Of a stretch of DNA of 64,000 nucleotides, positions 13,409 through 24,142 are shown one piece after another (within the stretch, counting starts at the first letter, position 1; every line of letters starts with the position of its first letter). Source of the DNA: Monocercomonoides exilis PA203 (lineage: Eukaryota; Protista; Preaxostyla); assembly GCA_001643675.2 (NCBI GenBank), contig LSRY02000023.1, positions 1,282,701 through 1,346,700 on the forward strand. The letters are read 5' to 3'. The translations under genes and the position numbers were made by a program. A model generated the notes under the pieces. It was not told the DNA's origin. It was given only the letters and a program-made list of their open reading frames with translations, and did not search any database.

Positions 13409-15311
13409 TAGTCGGGGTGTTTTCCCGCTCAGGGGAGTTAACCCGCTCAGATGATCAAAAATCAACCCATTCTATGTTAGTGAAAAAATGTCAAAGATTG
13501 AGCTAGAGATCCACAGAATTGCAGCATCCAGCGAAGCAAGGCTACTGGAAACTCCTCACGAGAAAGGTCTTCACTTGCATCTTGTTTGCGGATTCAAAAA
13601 GGCAGAAATTGAACAAGCAAATATTATTTCCAAACATTTTCTGAAAAGAGCAGAAAAAGCTCAAAAGGAGAATCGCGTTGTTGGAAAACCCGGGAGACCT
13701 TTTCTTTTTTCAAAAACAGACGAACAAAGGTTAACTGTCAGATTGGAAGTCGATGCAGATAAAGGAATTTTCCATTCAATGAGAGATATAGCGGAAATGG
13801 TTTGTTAGCATTCGAATTATTGTATTTTTAATTTTTTATTATTTGGAGGCAAATGAAATAAGAAGAGAAAAAAGAACTGAAGAAGAAGAAGTCAAATTTG
13901 TAGACAAACACTGGCCAAAGAGATTTATTGAAAGATATCCAAAACTTGCTCTGAAAAAAGCAACAAAGTTGCCAATAGGCCGTGCTGCACATAATTCGAA
14001 GCAAACAATAGGTCACTTTTTTGACAAAGTTGCAAAGTTTTTTTCAGAAGTGAAAATTGCACCTCAATTGTTGTTCAATTTGGATGAAACATCAACTGTA
14101 TTTTCAAAATTTTCAGAAGATGTCGTGGTTCCGTCTTCTTCTTCAGTTCAGCCAATCATTCCAAAGCCTTCGTTGCCAAATTCAACGTGTATAGTTTTTC
14201 TCACAAGCGCAGATGGAGTGAGATATTTAACTCCAATTCTTATCCCATATTCGACAATTCCAAAAGAATATGTTGAAGCTACAACAGAAAATGAGGTGTT
14301 CATACCATGTTCAACTGGACACATGACAACTGCATGCTTTCTGGATGTATTTCAAAAAGCAATCCTGCCCAGCATAAACAAAAAGCGAATTGCCATAGGA
14401 CAACAACACAATCACGCGGCTTTGGTGATGGATGGAGGTACAAGGCATTTTTCCACAGAGATCGTTAAATTATGCAAAGATAATATAATCGATCTTATTC
14501 AACTCCCCTCGCATACCTCTCACTTGCTACAACCAAACGATCAGTACATTTTTGCCAACATGAAAAAATGTTTCAAAAAGTCAACTGAATGTGTCAAAAT
14601 TTTTTTGAAAAGTTCCATTTGTTTAATTTTCAAATAAAATAAAATTTTAATATTTTGATCATATTTCCGTTCCCGCTCACCAAATTTCGCTGTCATGAAA
14701 ACAATATCTTGACATTGTTTTTATTTCCATTTGAGTGAAGTCCCGTGAGTGAGAACTGATATTTAATCGAAAAATGAAATTTTTATTTTATTTTTAAATT
14801 TAACAAAAGGAACTTTTCAAAAAAATTCTGACATGTGGGAAAACAAACACGGCTAGCGAAAGAACAAAAGAATTTATTACCGTCTAAAACGAAGCAAATG
14901 CAATGTCTTCGTTTCCATCATCAATTAAATCCAGCTGGAGAGTGACAGGCCTTCATCCATTAAATCCAGATGCCGTTCTTGCTCAACTGCCAGAGAAGCC
15001 TCCAGAATGGGCAGAAATTGCTTCATCATCAAACAGGGCACCAGAAGGAGCAATGTCTGGGAAAATTTGGCTCAGTTCTGATGATATGTCTGATATTGGA
15101 ATATGATAGAGTTTTTCAATTTTTTTATCCTGTCTAAATTATTTTTCATCCTTTATTAGATTTTTTCCACAAACATTCTGCTATAATGTTACAACCAACG
15201 ATTTTTGTTTGTTTTCGAAGAGAAAAATGAAAACTACTGAAGGAAAAATGTTCTGACTTCTGTGATCATCTGAGCAGGTTAACTCCCCTGAGCGGGTTAA
15301 CTCCCCGACTA
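13409..15311 (+). mobile_element. pogo-like DNA transposon with 47-bp TIRs and TA target duplication
   Basis: TA|GTCGGGGTGTTTTCCCGCTCAGGGGAGTTAACCCGCTCAGATGATCA (13411-13457) is the inverted repeat of 15263-15309|TA, with 4 mismatches; internal tandem GGGAGTTAACCCGCTCA subrepeat. Confidence 0.9.
13488..15106 (+). CDS. pogo/Tigger-like DD35D transposase, spliced; probably carries a premature stop near the C-terminus
   Basis: Exon 13488-13799, GT-AG intron 13800-13848, then CENP-B-like HWPKRFIERYP, LFNLDETS, LVMDGGTRH and LLQPND (35-aa spacing). C-terminal SSWRVTGLHPLNP is preceded by an in-frame TAA at 14885-14887. Confidence 0.8.
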
Positions 15312-15471
15312 ATAGAACTTATGCGATTTGAACTGGTCATATATTATTTGCCTTTGCTAAAGCAGATAAGTTTAATATAATGCAAATTAGATCGAGACAA
15401 ATCGATTTGATTGAGTCAATGCAAATTACTATAATTGTGGGTGCGAATATGATCGATAATAATTGTTATTA

Positions 15472-17073
15472 ATGCGTGTTTTTGTATTTAACTTTTTTGA
15501 AACTTCATCATTCATGTCTCAATCTCCATTTTTCGATATTTTGAAGAGCGTGAAGAAAAGAAATGTGATGCCATCTCATGTCGAGATTAAATCTGATGAT
15601 GATCAGCAATCAATCATCGATAAATTTTGTAAAAAATTTTCTGACCCATCTTTCGGTTTTCACCGACTGACTGGGTTTGTTCGTTATGAATTCGACTTGC
15701 TTCTTCGTCTTCTCTCATCATCAGCCCAACCTCATCGTGGAAGGGCAAAATCAATCGAATCTTTGGATGAACAACTTTTTCTTTTGTTTGTTTTTCTTCA
15801 CCACGGCTCCATTTCTTTAACTCACGTCATATCTCAATCAAAACACGAATCTCAAACATCAACTGTTCGACTTCTTCATTCAACAGCATCAAATTTAAAA
15901 CCTCAACTTGCAAATCTTTTTCTTTCATTTCGTCCAGATCGATTAGAGCAAATGAAGGAGGTGGGAATTGTGCTTGACTGCACAGTAATACCTACAAACA
16001 GGCCTGGAGGGAGGCTGGAGTTTGGAAAAAAATACTACTCAGGGGAGCATCACATCTATTGTGTCAAGGCGGAGGTGGGAGTGAACCCCAAGGTGGGGAC
16101 AGCAAGTACAATCAGTTCTATCTACTCTGGGTCAACTCACGATTTCACTATTTTCAAAGAACATTACCCCACATTTGTTCAAAAGCTTGGAGGAGCAAAG
16201 ATTTTGGCCGATTCCGCTTACATAGGAGCGAAACCAGAGCTTGGGGCGATTATTACAAAGCCCGTTGGAACTCCTGAGCTTGCATCTCATCGTGTTATTG
16301 TTGAAAGATTCTTTGGAAGGCTCAAAACTCTCTTTTCTGTCTTCCGTCATCCGTGGGTTTTTGAAATGGAGCGTGTTGGGGACTATTTTTCAGTGGCTTG
16401 CTGCCTCACAAACTTTCATATCTTGCACAATCCACTCACAAATAAGGATTTTGAAGCAAATTCATTGTTTTTGGAGGAGTTATATTCGAATTACTTGAGA
16501 AAAGTTGATGCAAAGAAGGTGGCTAATGCTCGATATTTCGCCAAAATGAAAAATAAACTCAATCCAGAAAATACACTGACACCCACAATAACTACAATTT
16601 TGGCAGAAATTGGAGGCTTATCTTTCACTTTTTTACCATTATTTTTTATTTTTTATTACAATTTTTTCATTTTTATAAACATCATTTTACCATATTTTTT
16701 AATTTTAGATGCTTCTGATGATGATCAAAGGGCGTACGAAGCAGAAAAAGCTAAAGAAAGAAGAGAAAGAGCGAATAGCGAAGTTTTAGTACAAAGAAGC
16801 GAGCAAAGGGAACAGGTTTTGGAAAAAGAAAGAAATGATTTTGATGAAAATCAAAATTGTGATAATTCACAAGCTTGGCACCTTCCGCAGCAATGGAAGT
16901 CGATAAGTATTTTTTCTCCATCTTCAACTCAACCTTTTCCTTCATTTTCACAATCACAACCTTCTACTTCCTTTTCATCATCATCTTCATCAACTGCTTC
17001 TTCTTCCTCTTCTGTTGGTTCAAAACAAAATAAACCCCCATCTGTTCTTCAATCGTTGCTGAATAAAAAGTGA
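15472..17073 (+). CDS. PIF/Harbinger-ISL2EU-like DDE transposase (DDE_Tnp_4/HARBI1-like)
   Basis: N-terminal RLTGF..EF HTH-like segment; VLDCT, YYSGEHH, SGSTHD, ILADSAY and HRVIVERFFGRLK motifs; probable in-frame intron 16616-16708. Confidence 0.85.
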   Translation: MRVFVFNFFETSSFMSQSPFFDILKSVKKRNVMPSHVEIKSDDDQQSIIDKFCKKFSDPSFGFHRLTGFVRYEFDLLLRLLSSSAQPHRGRAKSIESLDEQLFLLFVFLHHGSISLTHVISQSKHESQTSTVRLLHSTASNLKPQLANLFLSFRPDRLEQMKEVGIVLDCTVIPTNRPGGRLEFGKKYYSGEHHIYCVKAEVGVNPKVGTASTISSIYSGSTHDFTIFKEHYPTFVQKLGGAKILADSAYIGAKPELGAIITKPVGTPELASHRVIVERFFGRLKTLFSVFRHPWVFEMERVGDYFSVACCLTNFHILHNPLTNKDFEANSLFLEELYSNYLRKVDAKKVANARYFAKMKNKLNPENTLTPTITTILAEIGGLSFTFLPLFFIFYYNFFIFINIILPYFLILDASDDDQRAYEAEKAKERRERANSEVLVQRSEQREQVLEKERNDFDENQNCDNSQAWHLPQQWKSISIFSPSSTQPFPSFSQSQPSTSFSSSSSSTASSSSSVGSKQNKPPSVLQSLLNKK

Positions 17074-17690
17074 TTATCATTTAATTTTTCTTTAACTTCT
17101 TTTAACTTCCATCTCATCTTTTTAATAATCTAAATAAATTAATATTTTCAATTCTAAATTTTTTTTTTTTTGAATAAAAAACAAAAATTGTGTTCATCAA
17201 TAAAATATCTATATATTTTTTAATTTTCTATACAAAATATAGTAATAAAAATGAAATGAAACAAAAAACCAACAATAACAAAAAAGTTAACGAAATTGTA
17301 TCGAAAGAGCTTTATGTTTTTCTGAAATACAGATATATATTAAATTTCAACTGTGATCATCTCTTGCTCGTGTTAAAAACGTAAGTTTCAAATTGTTCAT
17401 TATGATCCGAATCGGAAGAAGAGATGTAGAAAATAAACAATAAACACTTAAAACAATCAAAAAAAGAATTCACAAACTTGTTGTATTTTTAAGATCTGCT
17501 GACAAGGAAGAGAGTTTGAAAAAATGAGTCAATATCTTGATCGTAATTGACTCATAATTGTTTTCAAAAAAGATCAAAAAATGATCAATTCAAATCAGTT
17601 TTGATTAAGTCAATTCAAATAAGATCGACTAAATGCAAATTGATTGAGTCAAATCAAAATTATGCACTCAATTCGAAAAAGCTCAAATAA

Positions 17691-17775
17691 GCAAGCATGG
17701 CCGAGTTGGTCCAAGGCGGTAGACTCAAGATCTACTACTCGTATGGGTGCGTGGGTTCGAATCCCACTGCTTGCA
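17691..17775 (+). tRNA. tRNA-Leu (CAA)
   Basis: Acceptor stem GCAAGCA/TGCTTGC, D-arm TGGCCGAGTTGGTCCAAGGC, anticodon stem GTAGA-CT-CAA-GA-TCTAC, long variable arm, GTTCGAATC T-loop, followed by TTTTT (Pol III terminator). Confidence 0.96.
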
Positions 17776-18618
17776 TTTTTGTTTCCATATGAAATAAATA
17801 TCTTTATTTCTTGAAAACTTGCTAATTTTTGTTTTCTATTTTATTTATCCTTATTGAGCACACATCTTCTTTCACAAAGTTCATCTCTTATTATTATAAT
17901 GGTTCATAGATCGATTTGAAATTAAGTTAGATATTTTTGGAATTATTTGTAACTTTTGCATTTTAATCAATTTATTTCAACAAAAAAACACGATTTTGTG
18001 ATTAATCAACTGTTCAAATTGAATTTAGCTTATTTTGTTTTATTTTGGAATATAAATATTTTTTCTTTTTGATTCAAATTTTTTTGTTGCTTTACAAATC
18101 TCTCACTAATAGCTTTTTTTTATAGTGCATATTTGGGACGAAATTTTTTGTTTTTAGAATTTTGTTCCATTCTTCTCAAACAAATATTTTTCTCAGTTTT
18201 AGAGTTTTTCTGTATTTTTTTGACATGAGAATGAAAGATTTCTCATGATAAGGTTGTGGAAAAAGTTTGGAACAAATCGTTGTTTTTTTCAAAAAAGAAA
18301 AAATTTTGCCCCATTTGAGATATTTGGTGTGTTTTCCATTTCCCATAGTCAAATAATTTTTTAGATTCTTATTGGAAGTTTTATTGCCTGCTTGAAAATA
18401 ACACATGATTCAAATGCAGGTTTCATCTTTTCAATGAAAGGATTATCAATATTTAATTTTTTTGTACATTTTTATTGAAATGTTTATGAAATGGATCCAA
18501 CTGCTGTTATCTTAATGTTTCATTCGTTGTTTGTGTATTCTTTAGAATAAAGAAAAAGAGAAGTATATTGGTTTGATGAAATTTCTCCATTAAAGAAAAA
18601 TTATCCATTTTTTGAGAA

Positions 18619-20035
18619 TTGCTGCATGAATTGAATGAAAACGATGAGCTGAAACTTAAACAGAAAATCAAAGTAATGAATAAATTGTTCGAGGAAATGG
18701 ATTGCAAAGAAATTCATTCTGAAATCACAAGTGCAGTATCTTTTGAAATTTCCAAAATGATTAATGAGCAGAAAATATCCCTTGAAAGCGCAGTCTCCCT
18801 GTTGAAACAGATTGGATATCGCAATTTACTAAAAAACATATACATTGAGAAATTTGCCAGCTCTTTGGTAAATCCTGTGCTTACAACGATGATTCTCAAT
18901 GAAATAAAGAGAAAAGAAGCAAATAATGAAAAACTTCTGGTTGATCTTTGCGAATGTTATCTTGGTCTTCAACATTATTATTTCATAGAAGAAAATGTGC
19001 TTTCAACGTGCATTTCGTGTTTGCTGAAAGAAGCTTTGAACAAAGATGAAAGTATGAAGACGCAAAAGGAAGTTGAAATGGCTTTACTATCCTTAAGTGG
19101 GATTGATGCATCAACAGTTTGAGTATTTTTTATTTCAATTTAAACATTTTGATTAACTTTTTAAAACCTTTTTATTTGAATAGAAAATAAAAAGAAAACA
19201 TTATTTTGAAGAGATTACAGAAATAATCGAATATCATCAGGAGCATCACAACCTGACGCATCTTGCGTATCAATCAGCTTGGATGTTTTTGATTGACAGA
19301 TTGATTTGTGAGAAGGAGTTTGGAGGAACAGTTGTGAATAAGTTGCATTTTGCGAGAGAAGCAGTAAAAGAATTGGATTATTTGAAAGGATGCGTGGATT
19401 GGAAAAAGAGAGAAAAAAGTTTTATTAAAGCAAAAGAAATGTGGATTATTCAGAGATGGAATGCTGTACTGCGAAAATGCTTCAACTATTTGCAGTTTTA
19501 TGACGGAGTCGATGCCACATTTGTTGCATGCATCATCAATGTTTGCGAGGCAGCAAAGAAAAAGTACATAGACATGTTTTATGAATACTTAAGCTTGCTG
19601 AAAAGAATGGATAACATCAAATCAATGGACTGCCTGCTGAGAGGCGGGGCTGTTGATTACTTTCTGGTGAATATCTTTCAATCAACATTCGACAGAGAAC
19701 TGACAAAATTTAGCCTCAATTTCTTTTCAATACTTTCGAAAAGATTGAACAAAAAGAAGAAGAATGAAAATGATCAAAGTCGATTTGGGGAATTTGTCAA
19801 AATTGTGAGTTTTGCCTGGAACTTGCTGAGTGGAAATTCAGAAAAAGGAAGCGAAAATGCAAAGCGAGAGTTAGCGATAAAAATGACGATATTCGAAAAA
19901 TTGGAAGAAGAAGGATTCGAAGATGCAATTCTTAGCTTTAATGGATCATTTCTTGAATTGAAGTTTAATAAAAACATGTTGACAAATCCATCTGAATACA
20001 TCGTGTATGATTCATTTTTTGTTGCGTTTTTGTGA
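18619..20035 (+). CDS. Member of a lineage-specific expanded helical-protein family (5' end uncertain)
   Basis: Two ORFs joined in frame by GT-AG intron 19117-19183. Motifs LLVDLCECYL, QKEVEMALL, NLTHLAYQSAW, GGAVD and LEEEGFED are shared with the copy at 47247-48560. Confidence 0.7.
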
Positions 20036-20360
20036 GAAAGAAACTCAGTTTGCCCTATGTCAACACCATTACAAACACACTTCCTTTTGATTTTGAAAAA
20101 TAATAAAAAATTTCAACTTCTCATCCAGCAAGGAAATACCTTTTCAAAATTCATTTAATAAAACCTATAATCTTAAAAAAAAACTATGCATGAAGTTTTT
20201 TATCATTTCTTTCAATAAAAATTGAAGAAGTTAATTCTTTTGTGAAGCTCTAAGCAATAAGGAGGATTGTTGAAGAACTATTTTTTTATCAAAAAATGAT
20301 GTTTTTCATAAGACAATTATTTTTTGGATCAGTTGATTTTTTTTATTTTTTCTAAAGACA

Positions 20361-23103
20361 ATGACAACACCTACTCGACCTCATACTGTTCTCTCAACAT
20401 CTACATCTTATTCAGAGGCTGGGGATTGGATTATAAACAACACTTACAAACTTTTTGTAAGAGAAATGCTTGGATCAGGCTCTTTTGGTGAAATTTACAG
20501 AGGTATCAATCTAATTACAAGAGAAGAAGTAGCAGTTAAAATAGAACGTGATACAGCACCCCAACCTCAACTTGCGATGGAAGCAAAATTGTATCAGTTA
20601 TTGAGAAGTTGCCTTGGATTTCCAAAACTTTATTATTATGGAGAGGAGAATGGATATCGTTGTCTTGTAATGGAATTGCTTGGGCCTAGCATCGAAGAAG
20701 TTTATGCGCGATGTGGAAGAATTTTTTGCTTGAAAACTGTGCTGATGTTAGCGGATCAGGCAATAACAAGACTCGAGCAACTTCATTCAAAAGCTTATGT
20801 TCATCGTGATATAAAGCCAGATAATTTTGTTCTTGGAAGATATCGAAGAGAAACAATTGTGCATATGATTGATCTCGGATTGGCAAAGCGATATTGTGAT
20901 CCAAAAACAAATGTCCATCTTCCATATCGAGACAAGAAAGGCATAACAGGAACTGTAAGATACGCAAGCATTAACACGCATCGCGGAATCGAGCAATCTA
21001 GAAGGGATGACATGGAATCTTTGGGCTACATGCTGGTATATCTTATGAGAGGTCATCTTCCTTGGCAAGGTGTTCGTGCACAAACAAGGAAATTGAAATA
21101 CATCAGAATTGGAGATGTTAAAATGCAAACAACAGCAGACGAGCTATGTAAGTATTGTCCGGAAGAATTTTCGGCTTATATCAATTACGTTAAATGTATG
21201 AATTTATTTTTTCCTTTCCTTTTTTTATAATGTATTCATTTAAAACATTTTTTGTCTTTCTACAAATTCTTCGATAATGCAATTTTTTATTTCATTCAAA
21301 ATAAATAATTCAATAAAACAACGAACTTGATATTGTGCCTTTTCATTTAAATTCCATTTTCCAGCATTGTCTTATGAGAGCAAGCCCGACTACCAGTTCT
21401 GCCGTGACCTCTTTCTGTCGCTCATGATGAAAGAAGGCTACATCACAGACAGCGTCTTCGAGTGGTCTGGCGGCGGGGTCATCACTCTACCTCACACAGC
21501 TGTCCCGCCCGGCTTCTGCAAGCCGTTTAAGCCATCTGCTGCAGAGAAAGAGCGGATGCAGCTGCGGATGGCAGAGCGAGAAAAAGCGAGAGAGAAGCAG
21601 CGGGCAGAGAGGGAGCGGGAGAGGCTGCGGATGGAGGCGTATCTGCGTGTGCATCCGAACTCGGAGACAGCGAAGAAGGCGCTGGAGGCGCTGAGGAGGC
21701 CTTCATACGATGAGTTTGGGATGCCTCTGGCGATGACGCGGACGCGGTCGGGGCAGATGACAGGGAGCAGAGGAGACAAGATGGAGCGGGGCAGTCGGGG
21801 AGAGCGGATAATGCGGAGGAAAGAGAAGGAAAGCGGCGGAGGTGGGAGCAGAGCAAGCGATTTGGATGGAAGGGGCAGAAGGAGGAGAAGCAGGACGCGA
21901 ATGAGCATGGACGGGGAGTCAGACGGTAGAGGCAGTGCAAAGCGTGAGAGGGAAAGAGAGAGAGAATATGAGGAAGGAATGTATGACGACCGGATGGGGA
22001 ACATGGGTGCAGTGGGGATGGCAAACGAGGTGGGGAGCATCCATTCTGCAGCTGCTGCACGCTCTGTGCGTTCGCTTGCTGATGAAGAGAACCGCCGGCT
22101 GATGGGACTGCCTGTGACTGGAGGAGGGCCTGGTGCGAGGGGAGGGAAGTGCATCATCCAGGACTCGTCTGCACTGGGTAATGCGCTGGTGGATGTGGAC
22201 AGCGAAGAGATGCTATCGCTGCTGGAGTCAGTTGCAACGGACGCAGCGATTGCGAGTGGGGCGTCGGTGTTTCGGGATCTGTTTGGTGGAGGTATGGACA
22301 CGACATTGACACACTCTGATGCTGTTACATTTTCCGACCAGAACACCATCCTCACGTCGCTTACAGACGCCACACAGACACACTCTTCTCGCACGCAGGG
22401 CTCAACACTGCTGACAGGCTCATCGGCACCAGCTGCCACAATCGTCACGCAGTCTCCGACACCGCGTTCTTTCCTCCGCATCGTTACACCTCATTCTGAT
22501 CAGTACAGCTCTCCTGCTACTGCGATGCAAGTGGCCTCATCGCCAGGCTCCCTGGCACCAGGCATTAAGACACCCACTCCAAATGCGTATGTGAAGCTGG
22601 CACTGCCTCCACTTTCGTCTGCAGTGGGAGTGTCACACTCGTCCGGATCGCAGCAGCATGTCGGTGGAGCTTTGCCTGGTGGCATTCTTCCACTTTCGAC
22701 GTCATCCGGTGTGAGCGACAGGGTGGTGGAGGAGATTGTGGCAGCAGGCGGCATCAGCAGCGGAGACTCGCACGGGACAAGCGATCTGATGGGCATTGGG
22801 GGGGACTCGCACGATGGAGCAGGGGACTCGACGATGTCTGGCACGACGATCGATCAGATCACAGGGACAGCTGCAATCACTGGGCCGAGGGCAGCGAACG
22901 GGATGGGCATGCTGGCAGCAGTCGACTCGACGGCGATGATATCAGGTGCGTTGGCGTCGGTGGATGGGGAGAGGGAGAGGGAGCAATCAGACAGGATGGA
23001 GAGGGAGCTGGTGGAGACAGCGAAACTGCTGGTGATTGGAGACAAGGCAAGTGCGAAAGAGAAGGGAATCATTTCATCTTCAGGAGGATTGTATTACCAG
23101 TGA
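20361..23103 (+). CDS. CK1: Casein kinase 1 family Ser/Thr kinase with long low-complexity C-terminal extension (~857 aa)
   Basis: GSGSFG, VAVKIE, HRDIKPDNF, IDLGLAK, GTVRYASIN and the CK1 signature EQSRRDDMESLG. Intron 21196-21364 (GTATGA...TTTCCAG) joins in frame to VKSLSYESKPDY. Confidence 0.93.
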
Positions 23104-24142
23104 AGGCTTTTCTACTGTGGGTTAAGTTATCTTATCAGCAATAGACATTATTTATTCCCAAATATGTTTTCGCATGGCAAGCAAATAGCATCTTACAAAG
23201 CTGAGTTTAGCTGCAGCCTTCATCGCATTTCAGCCAAAGAGATCAAAACACCTTTGTTGCATTCTCTCAACCATATCTACTTATCACCTGTGGTAATGCT
23301 AATAATCTCTTATTTAAAATTCACTTTTCTTTCGTTTGAGAATCCGAATATTCACCTTTATTTCTTGCACACGTCTTTCAACTTTGTTCTATTTTTTTGT
23401 TATGTAATAATGTGTATTTTCGTTTTATGTTGATGTTCATTTTCTTTTATGCAATATTTTTGTTGGAGCATGCTTCTTTTTTGCGTTAATTTTTTTCAGC
23501 TTTTTAGCTGAGAATTGTGAATTTTCATTTATTTATAACGCTTTTTGTTCTGCAAAAATGCATTTGCATTTTCATTATCTGAAAGTCTTAGCAATAATAT
23601 AATGTTCAAAATTTAAACTCAACCCCAAACAAAAAAGAATGAAAGAAAAACAAGTAATAATGCATATAACAAGTGCAAATACTTTATAAAAAAATGAACT
23701 TGAAATTTTTAACACAACAAAATTTAGAATTGAATTAAAAATACTCAAAGTCGATAAACGAACGTTCGAAAAACAGCTTTCAATGAAATTACGAAGATAT
23801 TCACGGCAGTTTATCGACAGATTTCATCCTTGTGGACTCTCTTTTTTTGATGATTCATACTTTGCTTCAGCAAGAATAATAAGCTGATTAAGCAAATACC
23901 ATTGATTTCTGCATTTCTGATGTTCAGGAGTAACTTGAATGGGGGTTTTGATTCGAGTGAACCATTTGTTTCGCATCATTTGTGGCGAATGCTTAATAGA
24001 TGTCGTTGCAGCTCGAACTTCTGCAGCTGGGGCACTTTTATTTTGCATAAAAGAAGATATGGGTATCATCAACTGTTTTATTTTTCTTTTATTTTTTTCA
24101 GAAATAGTTGAGGAATATTTCGCAATTTCATCCATATAGCCC

